From: a virus
Taxonomy: Duplodnaviria > Caudoviricetes
Reading direction: 5' to 3' (one strand)
Virus record (IMG/VR): IMGVR_UViG_3300032050_000140
Location: 1 to 61,130 of that record
DNA: 61,130 bases
The notes beneath the pieces are model-generated. The model did not search any database and had not been told where the DNA came from. It was given only the letters and a program-made list of their open reading frames with translations. The position numbers and the translations under genes are program-made. Below are positions 45,920 through 55,731 of the stretch, piece by piece; positions within the stretch are counted from its first letter, which is position 1, and every line of letters starts with the position of its first letter.

Positions 45920-47329
45920 TTATCCTTTGAAGATAAAGAAGTTGTTAGCACCAAGTGTACAAAGTGCACGCTCAGTTAACAAGTTAACCTCCATTGCATC
46001 TAAGTCACTAGTAGCAGCTCCACCAGCAGAACCAGTCATCCAAGTTTTGTAACGTCTGTTTTCAGTCTCAGAAGCTCGGTAACGAACGTGTAAGAATGGA
46101 CGTTTTGCGTTTTTACCAAGAACTTGGTCATAAACTGTTGTTGTACCAGCAGGAACTAATACTCCGTTTACAGCTCCACCAACTAAACCACCACGAAGAG
46201 TAGCATCATTAAGATATTTCCAGTCAGTTTTGTAGAACTCATAACCTCTACGGAATCCTGTGAATCCAAGATTCAAAGCCATTTGCTCGCTGTTATCAAA
46301 TAATCCGTAAGATGTTCCACCAACTCCGTAAGAGTTTTGAGCAGCTAACATATCATCGATATCGAAAGAGAACTGACGGTTCAAGAACAATGCATTCTCA
46401 GCGATAGCTCCTTGCTTGTCAAGACGTTGTACGATAGTATCAAAGTCAGACAAAGCAGATGGATTACCACCAGCCCATACATTTCCTCTTGATTCGATAG
46501 AAGCGAATAAACCTTGTGTACCTTTGTTACCTAAGTCACCAGTTGTTAATGCGATAGCACCAGATCCAGATTCAGCAACAACACCTTCTACCATTGCCAT
46601 TTCCATATAATCTTCGAAACGTAAACGGTTTTCGTGCTCTGACTTCATATACCATAAGTAACCTGTAGCTCCATTCTCAGTAGTTACTTCAACCCATCCG
46701 ATTTGAGCCATATCAGATCCTGATACAACATATTTATCTTTGATGATGATAGGAGATACTTCAAAAATGCTATCTTGAGCTTCTAATGAACCTGACATTC
46801 CGTTAGATCCTTTTTTGAATTCAGAACCATAAACGAAAGCAGTAAATGTAGCTCCAGTATCAGCTGTAGCAATACCACCAGCATTGTAGAAAGCAACTTT
46901 AAAACGAGTTGCATCTCCAGATACAGGACATTCAGTTACGATACCTTTGTAAGATGAAGATGAAGATGCATTGTTTGATAAGAATACAGTTTGACCAACT
47001 CGGAAAACACAAGTTGCTGAACCAATATCAAAAGTAACAACATCATCACCACCTGAAGCACCTACAGCTGTAACAGCAGTATACTTAGTATGTAAACGAC
47101 CTTGCTCCGCCCACTTAATTAAGTCAGAGTTAGAAGGAAGTTCAGCACCAACCATACGCAAGAAAGATGCGATAGATCGATTACCATAACGCTCGAATTC
47201 TTGCTCATAAGTATCAGGAAGATACTGATTCAAGAAATCAAAGTTTGTAATGTAGTTTGTAGGCAATGCTGCCTTAACGGAGCTAGGTGTAATTGCAACA
47301 CCAGGACTCGCTTGTAATGTACCAGCCAT
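45920..47329 (-). CDS. Major capsid protein
   Basis: 469 aa between scaffold and terminator; ERYGNRS, W.EQGRLH, PIIIKDKY.VSGSD, TERALCTLGANNF; strongly biased codon usage. Confidence 0.85.
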   Translation of the reverse strand: MAGTLQASPGVAITPSSVKAALPTNYITNFDFLNQYLPDTYEQEFERYGNRSIASFLRMVGAELPSNSDLIKWAEQGRLHTKYTAVTAVGASGGDDVVTFDIGSATCVFRVGQTVFLSNNASSSSSYKGIVTECPVSGDATRFKVAFYNAGGIATADTGATFTAFVYGSEFKKGSNGMSGSLEAQDSIFEVSPIIIKDKYVVSGSDMAQIGWVEVTTENGATGYLWYMKSEHENRLRFEDYMEMAMVEGVVAESGSGAIALTTGDLGNKGTQGLFASIESRGNVWAGGNPSALSDFDTIVQRLDKQGAIAENALFLNRQFSFDIDDMLAAQNSYGVGGTSYGLFDNSEQMALNLGFTGFRRGYEFYKTDWKYLNDATLRGGLVGGAVNGVLVPAGTTTVYDQVLGKNAKRPFLHVRYRASETENRRYKTWMTGSAGGAATSDLDAMEVNLLTERALCTLGANNFFIFKG

Positions 47330-47334
47330 TTTTT

Positions 47335-48444
47335 CTAATTTTTGTTTTTGTTTCTAATTACTAATCTGTTGCCACGATCATCATCTATAGCCGTAACTTT
47401 GAAACCTGGTGCTGGTGTGACTTGCGTAGCCTGTCGAGTCATGTCAATATTTTTTGACTCTTTAGCCACATTGTCAACCGCATCTGCCATTCCTTTCTCG
47501 TAGAAAAACTTGGCAAACTTCTCTGGGTTCGAAGCCACTGCAATAGCACGATGGAAAGATTCAGCGTCCTTAAGATAACCATCATCATTTAAGAACCTTG
47601 ATACAAAGTTCTGAAGATTAGATTGCTCTTTCAGCAGGTCTGGTGCTTCAGATGGTTTGTAAACTAACTTTTTATTCTCGTCTAAATTAAATCCGAAACC
47701 TTCGAACTTTTCAGAGAATAAATCAGAAGTCTTCTCACTGAAATACCTTGCCCTTTTTGACTGCTCTTCATCAGTTTGAGCCGCAGCTTGTTTATAACTC
47801 TTATATGCTTCATACGACTCTTTCTCTTCTTGCGGAACAAAAGATTCTCTTGACTCAAGAGGAACTTTATACTGTTCTTTTAAGCTGTTGAAATAGTCCT
47901 TAGCTTTTGTGAGTTCTTTTTTCTTAGCCAACTGCTTTTTCTTAATTTCCTTCTCTTCCTCAAAATCTGGATCGTATCCAAACTGAGTTTCAAGATCGAA
48001 CTTGATATCATCAATGTCAAGATCTTTATCTTGATTTCTTCGATACTCAAATAGCAATTGGTCCTGATCCATTGAATCGTAATCTTTATTCAATTTAATA
48101 AAGTCTTCGATTCCACGACCAGTCTCTTTTTTATATTTCAAATAGGTAGCAACCTCTGGATCTAAATCCTCATTGCTTGAACGTTGCTCAAACAACTCAT
48201 CAAGATTGCTAATCTCTTTGTTATATCTTTTTCCAATATATGAAAGAACTTTGTTGTCGTCTATCTCAATCTCTTGAGGTTCAACTGGTGTGTCTGTTGG
48301 CACACTAATATCAACTTTATCCACAGTTGGCTCATCTTGAACTTGTCCTGTTTCTTCAGCATGTTTATCCAACAACTGTTGTTCTATTTCTGCAACTGAC
48401 TTCTCCTCGAACTCAACTGCTCTTACTTTAAATTCTCCTTCCAT
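47335..48444 (-). CDS. Capsid scaffolding protein
   Basis: Acidic, coiled-coil-like; FAKFFYEKGMADAV; directly upstream of the capsid gene. Confidence 0.7.
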   Translation of the reverse strand: MEGEFKVRAVEFEEKSVAEIEQQLLDKHAEETGQVQDEPTVDKVDISVPTDTPVEPQEIEIDDNKVLSYIGKRYNKEISNLDELFEQRSSNEDLDPEVATYLKYKKETGRGIEDFIKLNKDYDSMDQDQLLFEYRRNQDKDLDIDDIKFDLETQFGYDPDFEEEKEIKKKQLAKKKELTKAKDYFNSLKEQYKVPLESRESFVPQEEKESYEAYKSYKQAAAQTDEEQSKRARYFSEKTSDLFSEKFEGFGFNLDENKKLVYKPSEAPDLLKEQSNLQNFVSRFLNDDGYLKDAESFHRAIAVASNPEKFAKFFYEKGMADAVDNVAKESKNIDMTRQATQVTPAPGFKVTAIDDDRGNRLVIRNKNKN

Positions 48445-48480
48445 TTGATTAAATTTTTACAAAGATAATAATTATATTTT

Positions 48481-48665
48481 AAAACATATATAATTAGTAA
48501 AGTAGCTAATATATTATGCAAAAGCATATAATTTTAGGCAAAATAGCTAATATATTATGCATGAGCCAAAATAAAGATTTTTTTGATGTTTTGGCTGTTT
48601 CTCAGTTGCCAAATCTGGAAAAATTCATGCAATTTGGCAAGTAAATAATCGGTAAAAATCCGATT
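48481..48665. repeat. Intergenic cluster of direct repeats and palindromes
   Basis: TAGCTAATATATTATGCA at 48503 and 48544; GAGCCAAAAT-N15-GTTTTGGCT; TTGCCAAAT-N17-ATTTGGCAA; AATCGG-N7-CCGATT. Confidence 0.8.
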
Positions 48666-49305
48666 AATCTAGGTCTACGTTGTCATAAAACATAGCATCT
48701 GAATCTTCAGTATGCCACTTATCAAACCCTTCGCAGTTAAACCAAGTGTTATTAACCAAGTAGTCAGGCTTAGATGGAAACTCTTTTGTAACAAATGAAG
48801 GCTCATACCAGCGTACCCTGTTGTTTGGCTGTAAGGCTATCTTACCGTTATCAAGTAATATTATATGATGTGACTTGTGCTCTAGTGGATCTTCAGCCAA
48901 TGTAATATCAGTATTTATATCGTTAGACCCCCAATTTATTGTAGCGTAATAAGTTCCTTTGTGCCACTGCCTATCTTTCATATATACATCAACATTTGTA
49001 TCATACACATAAGAAAGTTGTGTCAATGTAAAACGATAGCTAAAACAGTTCCATATCTGTAAGTAATGGAAAGGTAGATCGGGATTTGGTAACTCTGGTT
49101 CAGTTAGTAACGCATGGCTAGGTAACTTATCTCTCATGACACCATTATCAAGTAAAACTTGAAATAATGCAGCTTGACCTGGCATACATCTTACCGATAT
49201 AATTACGCCTTCTGTAAATTCACCATACCCTTTTTTAAATTGATACATGTACTCATTCCTTACGAATACCTTCAAAGGAAAGAAATTGTGTTCTATATAT
49301 GCCAT
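48664..49305 (-). CDS. Conserved phage protein inserted between portal and scaffold
   Basis: 213 aa; LP.HAL, LQIWNCFSY, Y..TI.W, EHKSHH...LDNG.IALQPNNR motifs. Confidence 0.75.
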   Translation of the reverse strand: MAYIEHNFFPLKVFVRNEYMYQFKKGYGEFTEGVIISVRCMPGQAALFQVLLDNGVMRDKLPSHALLTEPELPNPDLPFHYLQIWNCFSYRFTLTQLSYVYDTNVDVYMKDRQWHKGTYYATINWGSNDINTDITLAEDPLEHKSHHIILLDNGKIALQPNNRVRWYEPSFVTKEFPSKPDYLVNNTWFNCEGFDKWHTEDSDAMFYDNVDLD

Positions 49306-49348
49306 ATTTACATTATATTGGTTACAGTAAAATGTTTACTGTAAACAA

Positions 49349-51778
49349 CTATTTAGGACTAAATGATTCTAAATCGAAGCCATCCAAAGAATCTTCTGAA
49401 CTTTCGAAGTTCAATGGTGGTAAGTTATTCTTTCTCTGATTTATAAGTTCTGATTGTCTTGTTGCCTGAAGATCAACTCGCTTATCTTTAGCCTCTTCTT
49501 TTTTCTCTTCTCGCTTCATCAAGTTTTCAGTCTCAATACCTTTTAACTGCATATTGTACTGGAACTCTCTATCCATCAACTGAGCCTTAATAGCCGCCTC
49601 AGCCTGCATCTGTTGAACCGCAAAATTCATCTCAGCTTCTCTCAATTGTATTTTAGATTGAGCTTCAAGTTGAACTAACTGAGCTTTAGATTCAGCGGCC
49701 GCTTGCTGAGATTGGATATTACTCTGCATTTGCATTTGGAACTGCATTTCTTGATCCTTCTGCTTTTGCTCCATTCTCTTTCTTCGTTTCAATTTCAATA
49801 ACTCATTTGCTAGCTTAATGTTATTGATCATTCTAATGTCAATAGCATCTTCTAGATCAATTGTTTGTTGTTGCAACGATACCTGAATGTTAGCCTCAAG
49901 CATTTGCTTCTGCTCTTCATCTGGAGCTAACTCAATGAATATACCAAAGTCATGTAAATACAAATCTTTAATGTCATCAAGTATTGCCACATTATATTTA
50001 CCTATCTGCATAGCGAACTCTTCAGCAAAGTCAGAGTACTCTAATATATCAGCAATTCGTATTGATAAACACTCAGCCAGCTTCTTAGTAATATTAAGGC
50101 CTCCTTCTAATATATGTCGTGTAGCTGTGTTTGAGTTCAATGCAGCTAGTTTCTGAACACCAACTAATGCGTCAGGGCTAGGAGTTGATCCGTCTCTAAC
50201 TTCATTGATCCCAGTCACATCACGTATCATGTTTAAGTAGTGATTGTAGCTTCCTATCAATGCAGCCATTTTAGACTGACCACTATTTGAATTTAACTCT
50301 TGAATAGGAACTCTAGCATTATTGAATTCACCATCTTGAGTGTAACTTCTACCAATAACACTACCAGTTTGAAAGTATAGTTTTAACGCGTCCTCTGGAT
50401 TATACGCTGCTCCTGTACCAAGATCAACTTCGTTAATACCATCAGCATCAATGAACACACCATCAGGAACTACTCTTGCCATTACTTGTTGCAGCTTTAA
50501 GTGAGTAAGTTGTATCTGATCAGCAAAAGGAATCATACGTCTTACTAATGACTCGTTATTTCCTTTATACATTCTAGGTGCAAACATCACATAGTTAGGA
50601 AGTGCTTTCTGTGTAGCTGACTTAGGTCTAACCATGTTCTTCATCATATCCCATTTCAACATGATGTTAGATCCACCTACTAATATACCTTCGTACCAAA
50701 CATCTCTTACAGCCTCAACTTTCTCAAACATCATTCCTTCCTCAACTGGAGGATTGAACGTATCATTCTTTCTAATTACTCGCTCACCACCGTTCTCAAG
50801 GATTTTCTTCTTCCATACAAATCGCTTGGTAGTTTTGTAATTTAAGTATAGTAATGTTACTACTTCATTTAAGAAGGCATCATCTTGGTAGTTTCTAATA
50901 ATTGGAAAGTAGTCATACCAAGCAGATGAGGCATTTCGTATTTCTTTTAATTGCTCATCAGTTAAATTTGGATTAATCTTTAAAAGTTCAGTGTAATGAA
51001 CTTGCTTAACCTCACCAAAATAATAACAATCCGAAAAGTCATTTTTCTCAGTATAACTATGAATGAAATTTGCAGGATCTACATAATCAATTTTTAATCC
51101 ATCGTTAACTAAAAATGTATGTCTTGCAACAGCCTTACCTAATACAGTTAAATCATAATCAATTAACTTCTTTGTCTTTGAGTACTCATTCATCTTAAGA
51201 ATAGTATCAATGGCAACCTCCTCAGCAATCTCAATAGAAGGCTTGTATTTTAGCTGCATATAAAGAGCCAACTCTTCATCATTCTCTGGTAACTCGTCAG
51301 GACTTACATTGAATGCATCAATACCAAATTGATCTTTTGTCATTTGCAAAAAATCCTTGGCAACCATATCAGCCTCAATCATATCTTGAAATATGTTCCG
51401 CTTTTCAGCAGACATAACATCTTGAGATTCAGCTTTAATAGTAAACAACCTATCATTCATTCCATTGACAACAATGTCAACAAATTTTGGTATAATAGGT
51501 ATTGGAGTCCAGTCTAAATTCAACATAGACATATCCCCATTTACAGCTAATTCATCTTTATATTTTTGTACAGGTTGCTCACCCCTTGCATATAATCTTA
51601 AACGATGGAATTCACCCCATTGATCATAGAACCGACATGTATTTGCTTTACGCTTAAACCACTCACCCTCAATTGATTTTGCTACTTTCAAACCATATTC
51701 AACGGTAGATTTTTCTTCATCACTAGCCATTTGGTTTGGAAAGGGTGATTGATAAATTACAACTGATAATTTCTCCAT
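49349..51778 (-). CDS. Portal protein
   Basis: 809 aa after TerL; LDWTP.PIIPKFVDIVVNG, RDVTGINE.RDG; Gln-rich C-terminal barrel. Confidence 0.85.
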   Translation of the reverse strand: MEKLSVVIYQSPFPNQMASDEEKSTVEYGLKVAKSIEGEWFKRKANTCRFYDQWGEFHRLRLYARGEQPVQKYKDELAVNGDMSMLNLDWTPIPIIPKFVDIVVNGMNDRLFTIKAESQDVMSAEKRNIFQDMIEADMVAKDFLQMTKDQFGIDAFNVSPDELPENDEELALYMQLKYKPSIEIAEEVAIDTILKMNEYSKTKKLIDYDLTVLGKAVARHTFLVNDGLKIDYVDPANFIHSYTEKNDFSDCYYFGEVKQVHYTELLKINPNLTDEQLKEIRNASSAWYDYFPIIRNYQDDAFLNEVVTLLYLNYKTTKRFVWKKKILENGGERVIRKNDTFNPPVEEGMMFEKVEAVRDVWYEGILVGGSNIMLKWDMMKNMVRPKSATQKALPNYVMFAPRMYKGNNESLVRRMIPFADQIQLTHLKLQQVMARVVPDGVFIDADGINEVDLGTGAAYNPEDALKLYFQTGSVIGRSYTQDGEFNNARVPIQELNSNSGQSKMAALIGSYNHYLNMIRDVTGINEVRDGSTPSPDALVGVQKLAALNSNTATRHILEGGLNITKKLAECLSIRIADILEYSDFAEEFAMQIGKYNVAILDDIKDLYLHDFGIFIELAPDEEQKQMLEANIQVSLQQQTIDLEDAIDIRMINNIKLANELLKLKRRKRMEQKQKDQEMQFQMQMQSNIQSQQAAAESKAQLVQLEAQSKIQLREAEMNFAVQQMQAEAAIKAQLMDREFQYNMQLKGIETENLMKREEKKEEAKDKRVDLQATRQSELINQRKNNLPPLNFESSEDSLDGFDLESFSPK

Positions 51779-53997
51779 TATTTTAATATTTCGCTTCTGA
51801 TTCCACGATTATCGTATTTTACAAATTTAATACTTATTTTTGATTCCTTTTTCTCTACATCAAACAAATGCTTACGTGTAGCCATAATAGCTAAACCTGA
51901 GCTAATGGAAGCATCATGTTTTGTTCTATTATTTGGATCGAATCTAGCCCAATCTTCCAAAGTCTTTGTAAAATACATCGATCCCATGCAGTCAGGATCT
52001 CTATAAGTTCCCTCAGTATCAAGGCCTACATATTCCTCAATATATGTTTCAATGGCTGATGCATGAGCCTGTCTTACATCTTCAGATGAGTTAGGTATTC
52101 CACCTATTTCTATTTCAGTTTTAGATAGTTTTGTTTTGTGTTTGTCAGGTCTATTCATTGAGAAAGCCCTGTACCCTCTATTTTTAAAGTGATATAATAA
52201 TCTAGCTTTGTTATTCTCAGCTAATAATGGCATACCATAAAAAACACAAGCCATTAAAACATCTTCAAAAAATATCTCAGCAGTCTGCGGTCTTGCTATA
52301 TACTCTAAAAAGAACTCATTCGTTGGTGCTTCCTCCATGTGAAATTTAGTCATGCCATGCAAAGCACCATTCGAACCTCCGCCGCCAACAACCCCTGATA
52401 TGTCATAAGGGTCACACCCAAAAGCACCCATGTGCTCATTACCAGGATACTTTTTACCACCTCTTGTTATAACTCTATTTCTCAGTTGTTGATTTGGAAT
52501 CCAAGATACTAAAAACCTGCCATTCTTATCAGGTGTCCATACTACCTCACTATCTAACTTACCATTCTTCCAATGAAAATATCCTCTTGTTAAAACACGA
52601 TCTTTTATAAGTGAATCATTATAGTCAATCTGTTGGTATATCTTTGTCAAGTTAAATACAGACTGCTTTGACTCATCTCTAAATGCATGCGATTCTGTTC
52701 TTGGAAATTGTCGATAAAATTCGTTTAATGCATCTGAGTCACTTTTCAATGCAGCGACCTCATTATTCCACCAAGTAATTACGCCTTGCGTTATCATCTC
52801 ACCATCAATACCTCTTACTGATTTGTCAGGATCTTCAAATACAGGCCAACCGAACTCATCAATATACCCCTCAATATTCCACTCCATTGGAATGAACAAA
52901 GAATATAAACCACTCTTCGTTTGTCCATTAGCAGACTTTAATGTTGGATTACTATCGTTGTATAACTTCTTAAAATTCTCTCCACCTTTTGATAATGCAT
53001 TTGATGTTGAACCCATCATACACTTACCAACTATCTTACTACCTAATCTAAGACATGTCTTTGTTACTCGCCAGTTGTTTAATATGTTCTCAGGCTTCTC
53101 CCATTTTCCTGATTCGTCATGTACAAGCATTAATAGCTTCTCACCATCGTAACTGTTGTCCGCTGTGTTCTTCCAGTCAATTGTTGTATCCAATCCATCA
53201 ATATCATCTTGATTTTCTTGGTCCATGTTCTTACGAGTAATCTTACTTGCAGGAACGCGAAACGCCAACTCAGTTTTTGGATTATCCATACCGTCCTGAA
53301 TTGGCTTGAAGAAAAATGGATAGTTTCTTACAATCGGAACAACCTTGTCAGTAAACATCTTTTTAGCATCCGATCCAGTCTTAGATAAAATACCAATTCT
53401 TGAGTCACGAACTATTGTACCTGTATTACTTATCTCAGAACTAGACATAAACGAGAAACCAGAACGCCTGTTTTTTAGGTAACACATACCAAAAGATCTA
53501 TTGTCAGCCTTGCATGCTTCCCAATAAATATAGAATATCCTATTTGATTCTCGGAAGTCAGGTAGACCAATATCAATCTTTGTCCATTGTAAATACATAT
53601 AATGTGTTCCTGTTATATATGTAGGAACATTATTATTCATAAACCAATAACCATTCTCTCTTTTGTCAAACTCACCTTCAATTAAGTCAACATACTTTGA
53701 TTTAAACGCATTATCTCTTCTATTCCAATCAAATATTGTCTTGATTTTCTGTAGTTCAGATGGATACTCTTGTGCTACCCATTTGTTGCCGTAATCGGTA
53801 ACTTTTTCAGGTGTTGAAGGAAGTGCAATCTTAACACTATTGATATCATATATCTGACCTATTGTACCATCTTTTGATATAACTACCAAATCATATTTTG
53901 GATCATAACCATACTCCCAAGACTTATGCCTATTCTTAGTTGTCAATACATTCTTAGGAATGTAATCATCAAGTATAACGTAAAGATTATTTTCCAT
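51778..53997 (-). CDS. terL: Terminase large subunit
   Basis: YLKNRRSGFS (Walker A variant), LVHDESGK (Walker B), GSTSN, AFGCDPYD (RNase H-like), AENN, HDA. Confidence 0.92.
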   Translation of the reverse strand: MENNLYVILDDYIPKNVLTTKNRHKSWEYGYDPKYDLVVISKDGTIGQIYDINSVKIALPSTPEKVTDYGNKWVAQEYPSELQKIKTIFDWNRRDNAFKSKYVDLIEGEFDKRENGYWFMNNNVPTYITGTHYMYLQWTKIDIGLPDFRESNRIFYIYWEACKADNRSFGMCYLKNRRSGFSFMSSSEISNTGTIVRDSRIGILSKTGSDAKKMFTDKVVPIVRNYPFFFKPIQDGMDNPKTELAFRVPASKITRKNMDQENQDDIDGLDTTIDWKNTADNSYDGEKLLMLVHDESGKWEKPENILNNWRVTKTCLRLGSKIVGKCMMGSTSNALSKGGENFKKLYNDSNPTLKSANGQTKSGLYSLFIPMEWNIEGYIDEFGWPVFEDPDKSVRGIDGEMITQGVITWWNNEVAALKSDSDALNEFYRQFPRTESHAFRDESKQSVFNLTKIYQQIDYNDSLIKDRVLTRGYFHWKNGKLDSEVVWTPDKNGRFLVSWIPNQQLRNRVITRGGKKYPGNEHMGAFGCDPYDISGVVGGGGSNGALHGMTKFHMEEAPTNEFFLEYIARPQTAEIFFEDVLMACVFYGMPLLAENNKARLLYHFKNRGYRAFSMNRPDKHKTKLSKTEIEIGGIPNSSEDVRQAHASAIETYIEEYVGLDTEGTYRDPDCMGSMYFTKTLEDWARFDPNNRTKHDASISSGLAIMATRKHLFDVEKKESKISIKFVKYDNRGIRSEILK

Positions 53998-54022
53998 TTA
54001 TACGCCTTATTGTTAAAAGTAT

Positions 54023-54295
54023 TTACTTCTTTTTTGCCCTGCCTTCTGCGAATCCACCATTTCCTACGTTTATCGTAGGAATCTGCGAATCGCTACTTTT
54101 ATTTTCCTCCTCCTCAATCTTAGCTAACATATTCAAAGCATCCTCAAATGCCAACCTTTTAGCCGATGCAGCGTTCTTTAATTTATCTGCTGATATATCA
54201 TCCTCAGATCGAGTTATAATTGGCTCTTTTAATACTTTTATCAGCTCATCAATAGCAACTTTTGCTGCCTCTAATATCTCTACTTTTTTAGACAT
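54023..54295 (-). CDS. Possible terminase small subunit
   Basis: 90-aa helical protein directly upstream of terL, ending GFAEGRAK. Confidence 0.45.
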   Translation of the reverse strand: MSKKVEILEAAKVAIDELIKVLKEPIITRSEDDISADKLKNAASAKRLAFEDALNMLAKIEEEENKSSDSQIPTINVGNGGFAEGRAKKK

Positions 54296-54840
54296 ATATT
54301 TCGATTGTACATTCTATAAAGAATCTCGTTATTTATTCTAAATTCATACTCGCTATCAGGAGTAAATGATACAATATCTCCAATCTCTACCTCATCTAAT
54401 TCATCATTCTTAAATACTAATTCACCCCATAATTCTTCAAGACCAGATATAGGGCTGAATATTTTATCTTCAGATGGAATAGGTCTAACGAAAACAAATG
54501 GAGATGGTGCACTCCAAAGGTTTTTATCTTTGGAGTATAGATATACTTGTTCTGGCTCAACAATGAACAAGTCATCTTTTAAGTGATGCCAACTACTCTT
54601 TTGTCTGCCTCGCATATCATAGTAAAACTTAAAAACATTATGGTGAACTACCACAATGTCTCCAGGAACTATTGGACCATTATAATAAACAGGTATAGAT
54701 AGAACTTCTGCAAATCTATTTGATACAGTATGATCTTCTTGGGAGGCACTTACAATAAACTCACGATCTCCGTAAGTCCTTATATTGTCATACCTCCTAC
54801 CATCAATTGGCTTGATGATAAAGCAGTATGGTGATTTCAT
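54280..54840 (-). CDS. Second GroES-like protein (tandem Cpn10-like barrels)
   Basis: Two copies of a F.(I/V)(K/R)PI ... GDIV pattern (IVPGDIVVVHH; VEIGDIVSF). Confidence 0.55.
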   Translation of the reverse strand: MKSPYCFIIKPIDGRRYDNIRTYGDREFIVSASQEDHTVSNRFAEVLSIPVYYNGPIVPGDIVVVHHNVFKFYYDMRGRQKSSWHHLKDDLFIVEPEQVYLYSKDKNLWSAPSPFVFVRPIPSEDKIFSPISGLEELWGELVFKNDELDEVEIGDIVSFTPDSEYEFRINNEILYRMYNRNICLKK

Positions 54841-55058
54841 TAGAAATTTATATTAAATTCAATAGATACTGGCATTGAAACTGAAAACTCTTTCCATAGA
54901 GTAATCTCATCATTCTTAATAATATAAAGTTTTATGCCATCTTCAGTTCTTATAATCTGATATATATTATAAGTTTTATCTAGCACTTCTTGTCCAACAG
55001 TGTAGTTCATTGACTTCATATAATCAGGACCAACCGATATTTTTCTAATTATACTCAC
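54840..55058 (-). CDS. Conserved small protein
   Basis: IIRKISVGPDY...M.Y.VGQ...WK.F..SMPVSIEFN. Confidence 0.7.
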   Translation of the reverse strand: MSIIRKISVGPDYMKSMNYTVGQEVLDKTYNIYQIIRTEDGIKLYIIKNDEITLWKEFSVSMPVSIEFNINF

Positions 55059-55281
55059 CTGTTTGTAGATTGATAGTTATATCACCATATTTAGCAACTA
55101 TATCCTCTTGGTACTTTGCTAAATCATGTGCTGCAATATCTAAATTAGCCAGCGTTGATTTTTTTTTGCTTTTAAGTCTTTCGAATGAAAGCTCAATGTC
55201 AGCTACTTCAAATTTAAGATCTCTAAAGTTGCGGTTAAGCTCTGTCAATTTAGACAGTTCGTCTTGTTCAATTTTTTTCAT
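55045..55281 (-). CDS. Coiled-coil protein
   Basis: Heptad pattern ending KYGDITINLQTGEY; -7 box at 55308-55301. Confidence 0.7.
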   Translation of the reverse strand: MKKIEQDELSKLTELNRNFRDLKFEVADIELSFERLKSKKKSTLANLDIAAHDLAKYQEDIVAKYGDITINLQTGEYN

Positions 55282-55314
55282 TTTATTAAATTTTATAATG
55301 CAAATATAACTAAA

Positions 55315-55731
55315 TTAGTTATATACTCTAATCTCAATACTTGTCTTATTTAATTTATTATCTTGAGCTGCCCCTGAAGAATTATAAGTTATTAAACTTA
55401 ATCTATCTACATCACTAACACTAAAAGTATTTTCACCTGATGATGTTTGATTAATCATCAAATATGTTTTATTATTTGTAAATGCACCCAATAATGTAGC
55501 TAAATATTCTCCAGTTGTATCTCTAGCCCAAACAATATTTCCAATGGTGTTCTCTAGCACTATAGCAACAGGTGCGTTTGTTGACGTTTGAGTTAATAAA
55601 GCTGTATAAACTTTATATGTAGTGCTACTAAAGTTTGACATATCAAACTGAACTTGATCTCCATTTGAATCACTGCCAAATAGTCTATCACCTGCCGCAG
55701 GTAACTTTACTGGATAATTATTTACTTTCAT
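55315..55731 (-). CDS. Virion fibre-tip-like protein (paralog A)
   Basis: Shares its first 31 codons with 55728..56342; C-terminal YKVYTALLTQ...IEIRVYN beta domain. Confidence 0.7.
   Translation of the reverse strand: MKVNNYPVKLPAAGDRLFGSDSNGDQVQFDMSNFSSTTYKVYTALLTQTSTNAPVAIVLENTIGNIVWARDTTGEYLATLLGAFTNNKTYLMINQTSSGENTFSVSDVDRLSLITYNSSGAAQDNKLNKTSIEIRVYN

Noticed and set aside
48481-48561. Mini CRISPR array
   Set aside because: Only two 18-bp copies, the intervening sequences resemble each other, and no cas genes are present.
27486-53240. Numerous + strand ORFs of 60-190 aa inside the late genes
   Set aside because: Shadow frames antisense to long, motif-bearing genes; Ser/Leu/Phe-rich as expected for reverse complements.
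55688-55704. ACCTG-CCG-CAGGT as the DGR homing hairpin
   Set aside because: Short stem, loop unlike GRA/GRNA, and present in both paralog 5' ends as Pro-Ala-Ala-Gly codons; not sufficient evidence.
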